DNA from: Marsupella aquatica | Lineage: Eukaryota > Plantae > Marchantiophyta | Reading direction: 5' to 3' | Length of the DNA: 64,000 nt | NCBI GenBank assembly: GCA_973895155.1 | Contig: OZ316899.1 | Span: forward strand, 14,077,934-14,141,933 | Part shown: positions 12,055 through 23,386 of the stretch, one piece after another | Layout: every line of letters begins with the position of its first letter | Numbering within the stretch: position 1 is the first letter of the stretch | Program-made: the position numbers and the translations under genes | Notes under the pieces: model-generated | Told to the model about the DNA's origin: nothing | Databases searched by the model: none | The model's input: the letters and a program-made list of their open reading frames with translations, nothing else

Positions 12055-15000
12055 TCACTGCAGACTAACACACTCTGATGGCCAGAGCACAAGAGATCCT
12101 ACTGCATCTGCAATTATTTCCTGAGGTGGATCATCGTCTCTATTCGGAAATGGCAAATTACAATCAGATACAATCACTGTAGTCAACAACACTACTACAT
12201 GGTCATCCGGGACCACTTTGCCATGGAATTTTGCATGATCCGGTCGCAAAATGCCTGTACCCACACATACCTGCGAGTCATCCTCCCATGATAGAAGATT
12301 ATGGACTGGCTCTGCTGTGGCTATCACCTCCACCTTACCCTGGCTGTTTTTCTTGGCTTTCCTGGGTGGCTTATACATGACATTATTCATACCTTGGTTG
12401 CGAGTCATGACTTTGGCACGAGTGTTTTGTGCTGGTGATCGAGAATTGGCTACACTCTTCTTCAAAGAATCTGCATCCATATTTGACACTTCTGATTGTG
12501 TAGCAGGATTTCCCTGCGACATCATCTCAGTATCTGCCAACATTGTACTTGCTTCAATTGAAGCATCTACAATCTTACTTGCATCCAATGTTGCTCCCAA
12601 GTTTCGACGTCGCTTCACCCTACTCCCACTTGGTTGAGAGTCTGTCAACTCTGCATCAACTACAATTCAGTGTCATGTCCAACATAAGTCAATCACTCAT
12701 CACATGTGCTAAATGTACATGTCACCAACCACAAAGTTGTCACTATCTCCTTACCATTATGAACAACCTTCTTCCCCTTCTTTGCCATTGCCATATGCTC
12801 CATGTCTGCTTCTGTTGATCAATAAACACACCACAATATTCAGGTTGAATCTATTAACCACTGAATTGTTGCTCAACATTCATATAGAGGAATTTAAAGC
12901 ATCAGCTTACCTGATACCTCCTTGGCTATGGTCACTGAGGCACTGGGCACATCTTCTTCATTATTGCTCTTTGAATCACCTGATACATCAATCATGATGT
13001 CACTTCAGATCCCAGTTCATCCAACCAGTTCTTACAGAAAAGATTACCTCCAACCGGCTTAAGCTTCACAAAACTCCATGCACTTTTCAAATGTAATGTA
13101 TTGGATCATAGCAGGTTACCTGTCTCAGCAACCTTCTTGCCCTTCTGCTTACTGATTACAGGGTCCTTCTCTGCCTCCACTCTTCCTGCATTCAAACCAT
13201 TCACTCAATTCATGAAAACTTACTTCTAACATTTGAACATAGGACACAATGAACAATGGGCCGGTGTCATTTCCATACCTGTGTCAGATTTGCCAATTCC
13301 CTTTTTTGTTAACAAGGGCACACTTTGTACAATGTTGCCCTCATTGTTTGGTTGGGAACCACCCAATTTTTCAATCACAAGCTTGAAATTAGATTCCACT
13401 GATGCAAGAAGGTTTGCTACAGATGCCTCCACAATATCCAAACGATCAGCCAATTTACTTTCCACTCGAGGGAGTCCACACTCTAATGACTTCAACCGTT
13501 CACACATCTCTGTGAGAGTTGTAACAGTTCCCTGTCATAACACAGCTTACATATCTCAGATAACTGTCCCCAAGAACTGGTTGCTTACTTCCTACTACAT
13601 TTCTTTCTGATGCTCAAGGCCAAATAGTCACAGAACATACAGAATTACAACATAATCACCTGTTTGGAAGTTACACTTGTCACCTCACTCCTTTGTTTCA
13701 TGAACTCCTCTCTCACTTCTTGTGCTGATGGTTCTTCACCTGTCAATTTCTTCTGCAGTCCACATCAACATACATATGAATGAAACCAAGTGTTGATTGT
13801 CAATGAAAATGTAATAATGGTAGCAAGATGATAAGTTTGAGGCTTACTATCAGGCATGTCACTGCCTTACCAATTGTTCTTTCACTGGAGCATAACTTCC
13901 TCTCCCAGCCTGTGAAAGGTGTTTCACTCTGCCTCGAGCATTTGACATCAGTTCACTCTTGCTCTGTCCAGCCTCCGACATGAACCCTTTGATTAACCGT
14001 GTCCATTGATCCAGTTCCAATGATGGGGGTGGTGGCATTCTCCTGTTAGAACCATTGTCTATCCACATCCTTTTCAACCTATGCCTCTCTTGTTTCAAAA
14101 TCCTCATTGCATAATCTGATATGCAATCTTCAACTGGGCCCTTACCATCATTACCAACATACTCCCACCGTTCAAGAATGTCCTTGCAGATAGCAGCCCA
14201 ATCAGCTTTGTTCTGACTCCTAAACTCTGTAATGCTCAAATCTAACCAACGCAATACTTCTCCTCTTAGGTCAGAATGCCAACGGTTCTTACCATCACAT
14301 GTGGGAGTTATCCAACCTTCGGAATTCACTTCTACTTTACCAAATTTGTTACTGTCTCCTGCCTTGGTACTCCCTGAAGCGCTACTAGGTGTCCCTCCAC
14401 GGCCTGGTGTCCCCCCACGGCCTGGGGTCCCTCCACGGCCTGATCTCCCCCCACGGCCTGGATTGCATTGTCCAAACCTCCCTGGAGTCCCTGCACATTT
14501 ACAGGATCCATTTACAGTCACTTACATTAGGTAAGTATGAATCATAAATCCCGCTGCCAAATATACAGTGGACTTCAGAGCAATTCTGCAATGACCAAGT
14601 TACCTCTCCCTTGGCGCATAGATGGTTCTGGACCACCTGTCCTATTGCTTTGTCTTGATGAATTAGGGGCGTTTCTCCCGCCTGTGAATGATTGCCTCCT
14701 ATCTGAACGTGGATGGCCTTTGTTGTTTTCGTGATTGTCCCAATCAGAGTCTGCATACCAACAGGTACATGCCACACTCATGGACCTGTAAGATAAACTC
14801 TTTGCCCTAGCTACACATCAGATAAGTGCATATTGAGCTAAATCTCTACTATCATCACAAAATCACTAGCACAAGGCACTTACTTGTCCAATCATCCTCC
14901 TCACCTTTCCATTGCCCTCTGTACCCGTCTCTACCACGCTCTGGGTGTTCATATTCATCCCATCCATCTTCTGCTCCATCATAGTCATCATCATAATTAT

Positions 15001-15226
15001 CAGGCGTCCCTTGCCAATAACTCTGGCTCCTTCTAGGGTATGGATTATGTGATTTCTCTCTAGCTGCCCACCTACCTGGGACTTGATGAGGGCCCTGTGC
15101 ATCTTGCACAGGTGCATTTTTCTGTGAGCCCCCTGCATCTGGGTCTCCATCCATATCCAATCTTTCCTCTTCACCCCACTCTCCAAGCCCCATGTCTGTC
15201 TCCATGTCATCACCCTCTTCCCCCAT
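12055..15226 (-). CDS. Element B TnpA/Ptta-like multi-exon gene (Transposase_24-like core, coiled coil, C-terminal Tnp1-like domain)
   Basis: Exons 14855-15226, 13859-14781 (GRGG repeats; RHRLKRMW..PPPP..QWTRL..HLSQAGRGSY), 13226-13530, 12055-12648 (FHGKVVPDDHVVV..LPFP..IADAVGSLVLWP); exon boundaries approximate. Confidence 0.75.
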
Positions 15227-15403
15227 AGCTTCTGCACAGCACCCACAACCAAACAGGGAGAATCAACACACTAAATTCAAAGTATCAATCAATTTCATGC
15301 ATATCCAACTATCCTAAACATCATTCCAGGCAGCAATTCCCGTTATGTGACTCTGTGCAGGTAGTCATCCTCAACCTCATACTTGCCAATCGCCAGCTGT
15401 TGC

Positions 15404-18400
15404 CTATTGCAAATCATCAACCTCATCATATTCCATTTGCCCAGGTTCATCATATGTCTCTCTCAATGTTAAGGGGATGTAGTCAGTCCCTGCCCGAGTT
15501 GGAAGTACAGTCTCATGACTAGGATGCTCGAATGCAGCATGGTCATCCAAACTGAACTCTACTTTACTTCCATCCATCCGCCTGTTCCGTGCTTGGCTAT
15601 GGCATACCACCCTCCAGCCATGTGACTCCTCCACATCTGCAAAGAAAGCCTGTTCAACTTGGCTAGGGAAAACAAAAGGCTCAGACCATTCTGGTACTCT
15701 GGACCTAAAATTGGCCAACAAGAACCCATCATGATCACGCTTCATGGTGGCCCTTGGTCTCTGCCACTCTGATTTCACCCATGATCCCTTCATCAATATC
15801 ACTGGGACACTTGTGTTACCATAATTCAACACCCAAATGTCGGTCAACTCCCCCACGTAACCCATCTTCATCCACCCCCTCTGTTCTTCAGAGGTTCTCT
15901 GCTCAAACACAGAAATCAAACCACAATCATATGATACACAATGGTCACCCTGCTCATCCCTCACTCGATAATGATTTCCATAAGCTCTCATCCGTTTGTA
16001 GGTCAGAATAGACAATCGTGGTGGCACAGATAGAAGATACAAATCCTTCTCCATATCTGGGTGATGTCTACTATGCTCTCAAATTGTCACCCGAATCCAC
16101 TGCTCGAACTGTGGGAAGGGATCCTGCTGCCCAGAGTGTGCAACTTTTTGCATATCATATTCCCTGCATTATGAGGTACAGACATAGTTAGGTCTAAACA
16201 ACACATGACAACCTAAGATCACCCTTGGAACAGACAAGAAGCATCACAACAAAGGCAAGTCAATTCAATCACTCACCTCCACCATGGTTGCATAGGCTCT
16301 GTGTTTGCCAGCACATATGAATGAGCCTTGTCTCGAATCGCAACAGGCAGCTGAACAGCACGTCCCACACCTTCAACAACCTCGCCACTCACTCCATCAT
16401 CTTCACCAGATTTCCAAACTCTTGTCATAGCTTCACCAGACCCAGCCATGTACTCTGTTAGGAATCCCAACGTCTCATCCTTAATGTACCCCAATGCCAT
16501 GGAAGCCTCTGGCCTGTAGTATGTTCTCACATGACCTTTCAACAACTTCATGTATCGCTCCATAGGGTACATCCATCTGGTACTGACTGGCCCATACTGC
16601 CCTAGCTCTTCTACCACATGGATTAGGAGATGAGTCATAACATCAAAGAAAGCAGGGGGGAAGTATATCTCCAAGTCACAGAGGACATAAGCAGCATCCT
16701 GCTTCAACTGCTCCAATCCTTGGGGATCCCACACTTTCACACATATACGGCGAAATACATTGCATAGTCGAAGAATGACATTACGGACTGGTTTCTGCAT
16801 GAGACCTTTGAGGCATAGGGGCAGAATGTGCTGCATCAACACATGGTAGTCATGTGTTTTCATACTGCCAAGTTTATTCTTTGTAATATGCTTCTTGAAG
16901 GCACCAGCATAGCCAGAGGGCACTTTCAGACAGCTCAATCTATACAAGAATGTCTTCCATTCATCCTGTGTGCACACATAGGGAGCTTGGAACTTGAGAA
17001 GTACATTGGGATTGCTTGCATGGGGCTTCAACCAAAGGTGAGGGCGAATCCCCTTCTGTTGCATATCAGCTCGAACTGCTCCTGTATCTTTCTCACCCGA
17101 CAAGAACTTCAGCAAGCTCTCACAAATATTTTTCTCAATGTGCATGACGTCCACATTGTGTTTGCTGGGCTCGAATTCCTGCACTCCACAAAGCAAAGAA
17201 TTCAACAACAGAAACACTAATTAACCACATAGGAGGATTGTAACCAACATCAATCCACCATTGCTCCAATCTAAAATTGCAATCATACAGGGGCTGGAGG
17301 CTAAGTACATTACCCTCCAGTACTCCAACTCCAAGTCCATCAAGGTCTGTCTTTTCACACCGTGTTTCACCACTGGATCCTCAGGTTCTCGATCAGTGGC
17401 ACTTCTCTTGTCCCAATCAGCCTTCCTGGCTGCCCACCTCAGGACTTGCTCTCTGGTGACCCTCTGTGGTGGGCCACGAAGCTCTGTTTTGTTGTTGAAG
17501 TGTGCAATTTGAGACCGTGTGTGCCTGTAAGGATGATCAACAGGCAGATACCTTCTATGCCCCTGAAATTTCATACTGTGCAGGGCATGTGACCACTCAC
17601 TTGTCACATTTTTCCCACATGGTGTGCACCCCACATAGCCCTTTGTCACTCGTCCAGATATGATGCCATGGCCTGGGTAATCTGCTATATCCAGCAAACA
17701 AATTGCATGCAGTCTAAAGGGGCTGGGTCGAAGAAGCCCCTTCAGAACATCATGGGTTAACACCCCTTCTATCCACAAAGTCTTCCACTCTTCCACTGCT
17801 GGAGCCAACATGATATCTATGAATTGCTCGGTCACAGAAGCTGGTCCAGGGATTAACAGCACCATCATGACAAAAAACCTCTTTGTAGTCATCCATGGGG
17901 AAGGTTGTAATTTAGCAGCGTAACCGGCCAACATGAATAACGGTTGTTTTTGTCTCCAAATGGGTTTACTCCATCCAGTGATAGACCAAATCAAAAGTTC
18001 CGCTTCTCTGCAGCAAACTGTGGCCACCTCTCATCAACAAATTTCCAATGGTTGGAATCTCCAATGTGACGCTGCAGGCCATCACTGCTCTTGTTATCAG
18101 GAGTCCATGTCATCAGCTTGGAAATGGCAGGGCATCTAAACAGACGTTGTAGTCTAGGAATGAGAGGAAAATGACGAAGAACCTTGGCAGGGTGTGTACA
18201 TTTCCCTACATTCTTGTACCTGTGCTTACCACAATGAGGGCATGTCAATTTATCTGCATGCTCTTTGCGAAAGAGAACACACCCATCAAGGCATGCGTCA
18301 ATAGACACATAGTTCAGCCCAAGGTTAGACATCAATTTCCTAGCCTCGTACATATTTTTTGGAATTGAATTACCATCTGGTAACACATTTCGGCGCAGGA

Positions 18401-19103
18401 AGGTCAACAACTCTGTCACAAATATATTGGGAACATTGTGATTGCCACAGATGTTCAACAACAACACGACAAAACCCAGCTTGGAGCAGTTCGACCCCTC
18501 GTAGATAGGAATGCAAGCTTCTTTGATGTGTTTTGGGCCCCCAAACACCCACTCCCTCTCTGCTGCACCTTCCCCAATGTCAAAGTCAGGTTGAGCTTGG
18601 CCGTCGCCAATGTGTGGCTGCGGTTCATTGTCCTCTTCTGATTCCACTGTGTCGTAAAAAGCATCAAGGTCTTCAAAAATCTCTTGAACCATTCTTGGGA
18701 CATCCATCCCATCGTCCTCAGTGATTGCCTCTGCATCTCCATCTTGGTCATCCACGTTCTCATGTTGGACCCCAGGACCATCCTCTGCACAGTCTATGTC
18801 CTGCTCTACGTAGTCTCTACGCCTAGCTGTATTAGAATCCACAAAGTCAGCTCTCCACTCTTCATCAGAGGAGTCTTCTTTTGCTGGTACATTCCAAACC
18901 CTCCACCGAGGGTGCCTTTCATGCCGCAGCAGGTGAAGGTGCACAGTGTTCAAACTCAACGACTTGAATCCTTGGCACTGTGTGCATGGGCATCTCATCC
19001 TCCTACTCCTACCTTGGGCGGCCCGGGCTTGTTCACGCATCCACAATTTAGAATCATGATGCCTAATCCTAAATGGGTTGTGAAGAGGCAACCTTGGAGC
19101 CAT
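15404..19103 (-). pseudogene. Element B TnpD/Tnp2-type transposase (transposase-associated CPC domain, Transposase_21, DUF4218, DUF4216)
   Basis: MRCPCTQC, IDACLDGCVLF, LRHFPLIPRLQRLF, LDGVNPF, DVMHIEKN, KTHDYHVLMQ, FPPAFFDVMTHL, RWMYPMER; premature TGA at 17991, a 1-bp frameshift near 17900, introns near 17180-17312 and 16145-16275. Confidence 0.93.
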
Positions 19104-19429
19104 CACTATACACACGCACTCAGCACCCTGTCATTTTATTATGCAAGTGAAAAATACACTTCCTGTTAAGGATTTCACCCCCGACTGTACTTGCCAAAAT
19201 ACGTAACGTTCCAAAAAAACAAAAAAACAAAAAATATAGGTGCCTGAGTCATGTACCTATTCTCAAGTGAATGAGACAAAATTCCTAAATGTTTGAGGGT
19301 GTCAACTCCTCCGCTGTCCTCACATGTACTGCCTCTGCACGTACATCCATGACCATATCAGAGTCCAATCATGTATAGTCATAGACACAGGTGCCAGGTG
19401 CGAGACCGGTGTGAGATGTCCTCATCTTA

Positions 19430-19999
19430 CTACCACATCAAATACGGATACCAATCCTGTTGTCGATGCCACTCAGCCCTGAGGTACTCAGGCATGTACA
19501 TTAAGTCATCAAGGTCTAAACCCTGCTCATGCCATGGTGGTCTTCGATCCGTGCCTACAAGCAATGGCAGCAGTGCCCTCCATGGTGCACATGTTGCTAC
19601 CAAGTCCCTCCACTGGGTACTAATTAGTCTATATTTGCAGATATCTTGTGCGCCAGACACCACAAGAACCCTCGGCCAGACATGTGTAAGAACTATATCA
19701 TCTGCCAAATCAGGCAACAAGGAACCACCTACAGCATCGTGCTTGTCTAACTCATCTGCTGAAAAGTAAATGTCCTCTTCCGACTGTGCATCCTCATTCA
19801 CCACAGCATTCACAACACATCCAAGGTCTGCAGGCATTATCTCGGATGGAGCTACACTCTGTCTGGTTACCAATCCACACAAGTAAGCCCAAGCAGTAGC
19901 CATGCACGATGCAACCCGTAGGAGGACCCTACATAGGGCCTGACGGTCTGGAAGAGGCAGCATACCCACCAAAGTCTTCAGCCAAACAGAGCCCAGCAA
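19430..19999 (-). CDS. Short F-box-like cargo protein in CACTA B
   Basis: SLLPDLADDIVLTHVWPRV...KYRLISTQWRDLV matches the plant F-box consensus; no C-terminal substrate-binding domain; start codon uncertain. Confidence 0.65.
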   Translation of the reverse strand: MLGSVWLKTLVGMLPLPDRQALCRVLLRVASCMATAWAYLCGLVTRQSVAPSEIMPADLGCVVNAVVNEDAQSEEDIYFSADELDKHDAVGGSLLPDLADDIVLTHVWPRVLVVSGAQDICKYRLISTQWRDLVATCAPWRALLPLLVGTDRRPPWHEQGLDLDDLMYMPEYLRAEWHRQQDWYPYLMW

Positions 20000-20139
20000 G
20001 TAGATTCACAGTCACACCCCACGCAGCAGGAAACAACAATCACTTCAACTGCGACCAACCATGACAAGATGAGTTAGTTCAAGGATCACATTTATTACAA
20101 AATTGTGTTTTATACAAAAATATGAGGGACTCCTACTCC

Positions 20140-20988
20140 TCACTCTCTCCCACCTTTGCTAAGCATACATCTCCGCTGAATCTTGGAGGGCCAGGCCTCA
20201 AAAATATCAAAGTCCCAAGCATTCTGTCGCTTCCCTCTAGCTGCTGATTCCAGAAGCCAATCAGGGGAAAGCACCCAAAGATTGTTGTTCATGACAAAAT
20301 CACGCACTGTTGTCTTAAAGAATTTTCTGCATATTTTCATGTATGACAGACCTACAACATGAGTGGAGGTTTCTGTTAGACTCTCCTCCACTGTCCCACC
20401 TAGCTCAACAACTATAGACTTGTACAGTCTGCACTTAGTCTCCCCAATTCCTTCTTCTGCAAATACCACACTGAACCCCTTCATAATGGTATTTCTCTCC
20501 TTGCCATGCTCATTCAATATAGCATCTGCACGCATAGGATGGTGTCCTATGTTGACAACAGGTCCATATTGGACAGAAGCAAAGTTGGGTTTCTCTGCCG
20601 CTGCTTCATAGGCTTCCTTTTCAGCCAAAGCCTCTGCAGTGGCCTCCTCACTCTCCCACAACTCATATTGCTCAGTACTCTGTACACACCTATGTTTAAC
20701 AGAATCGGTCAGCCAAGAGACTTCAACTACTTTTAGACCTTGGTTGGTAATGGCAGAATCAATGAAGGACCATGACCACTTGTTCATCACATCCAGCCAT
20801 GTCCCCGCAACAACATGTGTAGTCTGTGGAGTGATGTCCTTGACTTCAGTCCCATGGAACTCTGAGAATCGTTTTTGTACGATTGGCCAACTCACTTGGG
20901 TGAACCCATAGTGGCCAGGAATCAAAATGGCTTTGATTCCAGCCAACAGAGGCGGGTGGTCAACCTTTGTACGTTTTCTAGAGGCCAT
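20140..20988 (-). CDS. Tandem BRCT-domain cargo protein in CACTA B
   Basis: Two repeats, TTHVVA...VVEVSWLTDSV and GGTVEESLTETSTHVVG...VLSPDWLLES (BRCT THxx and W..(D/E)S motifs); open 282-aa frame starting MASRKRTK. Confidence 0.8.
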   Translation of the reverse strand: MASRKRTKVDHPPLLAGIKAILIPGHYGFTQVSWPIVQKRFSEFHGTEVKDITPQTTHVVAGTWLDVMNKWSWSFIDSAITNQGLKVVEVSWLTDSVKHRCVQSTEQYELWESEEATAEALAEKEAYEAAAEKPNFASVQYGPVVNIGHHPMRADAILNEHGKERNTIMKGFSVVFAEEGIGETKCRLYKSIVVELGGTVEESLTETSTHVVGLSYMKICRKFFKTTVRDFVMNNNLWVLSPDWLLESAARGKRQNAWDFDIFEAWPSKIQRRCMLSKGGRE

Positions 20989-21586
20989 GTACACACGGGC
21001 CACCTAATCACTGCAGACCGGAAGATAATGCGTTCACCTGATAATCGGAGGGCCCTTAAAATGCTGCGTTTATAACTTGGTCCAGTCCAGTCGTCTGGTG
21101 AGTCTCTGCTCCGATTCCAAACGGGAGAAATATTGGGACAAACGTACTAGACACCTGCAAGCATGCACCTCATAGTTTGAATATGTGCCTTCACAATATT
21201 GAAGGTGACAAGTGCAATTGTTTTGTGATGCCACATACAGATGTTGTAAATGGGCAGACATTCAATGAGAATACAAAATGTTGGTACACTTTAAGGGAAT
21301 TCTCGCAAATTAAATAGCCTTGTAACTTATATGCTCATAATGAGAAGTCCTGATTTAATTTAAGCAGTGTCATGTAAGTCGTGATCAAAATGATTGCAGA
21401 GTTAAAAAAGTTCCTAGAAGGCTTAAGGGCAGTTTTTGAAGGCATGTACCCAGGAACAAGTAATGAACTTAGGGTACTTGTTGCCTAAGCATCCTCTCCT
21501 ACAGAGGTCCTTCTTCTCAAAATTGGAATGTCTGCAATCTCCAAGGTATCCACATCAGGTGCACTATGCATGTATATTATTCAGGT

Positions 21587-22267
21587 TCAAAGCCAAGAAA
21601 TGTGATCTCTCATGGGAGTGTGCAAAGTAGGATCTATGGCATGGCGATGACAATAGAAGATCCATCGATCAACACCATGTGCAGAGTGATCATAGATGTG
21701 TCTGTCACAAGCATAGCCTTCTGCTTGACGCTCCTTCAAACAATGAAAGTGTCACATGGTGGGACACCTAACACAGTGGACTATGTCCACCCAGAAATCT
21801 TCATCGTGCTGACCACATGCCTTGCACTTATGAAGTGGGCAAGCTGTGGCAAGATCGGGCAAACATGAAAAACAAAAGAACCTCACACAATATCTGTCAG
21901 GGCATTTCCTAACAAGTGGTGGAGCATCAACAGAGCCCTCATAAGACCCCAACTTCCCACACTATGCACACTTAGCCTGCTTCTCCAAACAATCAGTGCA
22001 CATCCAGCCTCCCTGGTGTGCTGACGGGAGGCCCACCCCTGGACAGTTGTTTTCTGCAGCAAGGTCAGACTCCGGGTTGAGGTGAAAATGCCTCATGCAA
22101 GGGCCCTCACATATGGCTAAGCCACCACCATCGTCACAAATGGCACAACAATGAGCTGCCTTCTGGAAAATCTGACTTGCGGAGAAGTTACTACCATCTG
22201 GCCCAACTACACCTGTGTTGCTCACCTCTGTCCCCCGCTTCTTGGCTCGGATTTTAGGGCGTGCCAT
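21587..22267 (-). pseudogene. EDM2-like PHD-finger cluster (stand-alone, 226 codons, two in-frame stops) in CACTA B
   Basis: CAICDDGGGLAICEGPCMRHFH...CGKLGS...CPLHKCKAC...CVRCPTM*HFHCL...RWIFYCHRHAIDPTLHTPMRDHISW parallels the EDM2 PHD region (CAICDNGG..CEGSCLRSFH, CPLHKC, IYCQEHEIDEELLTPVRDH); all in one frame, stops at 21962 and 21752. Confidence 0.85.
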
Positions 22268-22936
22268 GCCTACGCATGAGACAGGTAGTACAATTTAGCA
22301 GAGTGCACGGACAATACAATTTAGTGCAGTGTACAAAAAGTACAATGTAGCATATAGACTAGAGTGGCAATTGCTACTGCAATGAAATGTTCACACACAT
22401 GTGCAGAGTAGACATACTTTTTGGTTTGTTGAGCCCACACTAAAAACTGATCCCCTCGTACAATAGCTCCACCTACACCTCAATTTTGTGGCTATGATTC
22501 ACCAAAGGAGATCTGCAACAAGATTTAATGCATTTGAATCACATATAACAGTCGTGACATGTAAAACAGGCATTTTTTGAACAGGATTGGTATCAAGCAC
22601 TGTGATCAGGGTTGTAATTTATACATCCTAAATAGGCTATGATAGTGAATGAGACAAATAAGTTAGGCAGAAATCACTTTTTCCAGGTTATCACATGGCC
22701 CATTAATTCCAGTCTTTGAAAGGAGACTTTTAAGTGAGCTTGCTAGCCTCTTAAATTAGGATATTGTACTTAGTGCAGCCATAATAGGATAAGTTATGTA
22801 CTGTTGACCCTAAACCCTGGACCCAAAATTGGTCATAATTCAAAATCTTAAGTAAATATCCTCTCTGTTCAAGTCAAAGTGTTAAGTTATAGGTCAATGG
22901 TCTCTGGTTTGTGCATGCGGTGTGACAAGTGGTCCT

Positions 22937-23386
22937 CTAGAGCGTGTGATCCAAACATGTGTAGACACCAAAGTGACCGGTGGTGGGGTCTGGGAGGGCA
23001 GGACAAGTGACATCGCCAGGCACACTGCAGGATGGCGAGTGGTTCCAGATGATACATTGTGCTCTGTGAAAAAACCGACATCCAAGAGAACGGTCATCCA
23101 ACTCTAGGCCAGAAGCCCTACAGGCAGGACAATCATATTGGCAACTGTGCACACACCCTTGGGCCCTAATTTGTGGCGGGTCATGTATGAGAGACAGAAA
23201 TACCAAGGATGTTGGGAAGGGTGGAGAAGCAGGTACAGGCCGGCTGTAGTTGTTCCTGGCAACAACTGGGTACTCAAAGTACCATGCAGACTGGGCTGGA
23301 AGGATCCCAAGTCTGACATACTCAAGGCGCAACATCTCTGCCTTGCGTGCAAGCCGCACATGTTCAGCGTTGCGGGTCCTCACCAT
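22937..23386 (-). CDS. Unknown Cys/His-rich small protein (possible zinc finger) in CACTA B
   Basis: 149-aa ATG ORF on the same strand as the other cargo; basic N-terminus; CVHSCQYDCPAC, CRFFH, HSPSC..C. Confidence 0.4.
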   Translation of the reverse strand: MVRTRNAEHVRLARKAEMLRLEYVRLGILPAQSAWYFEYPVVARNNYSRPVPASPPFPTSLVFLSLIHDPPQIRAQGCVHSCQYDCPACRASGLELDDRSLGCRFFHRAQCIIWNHSPSCSVPGDVTCPALPDPTTGHFGVYTCLDHTL

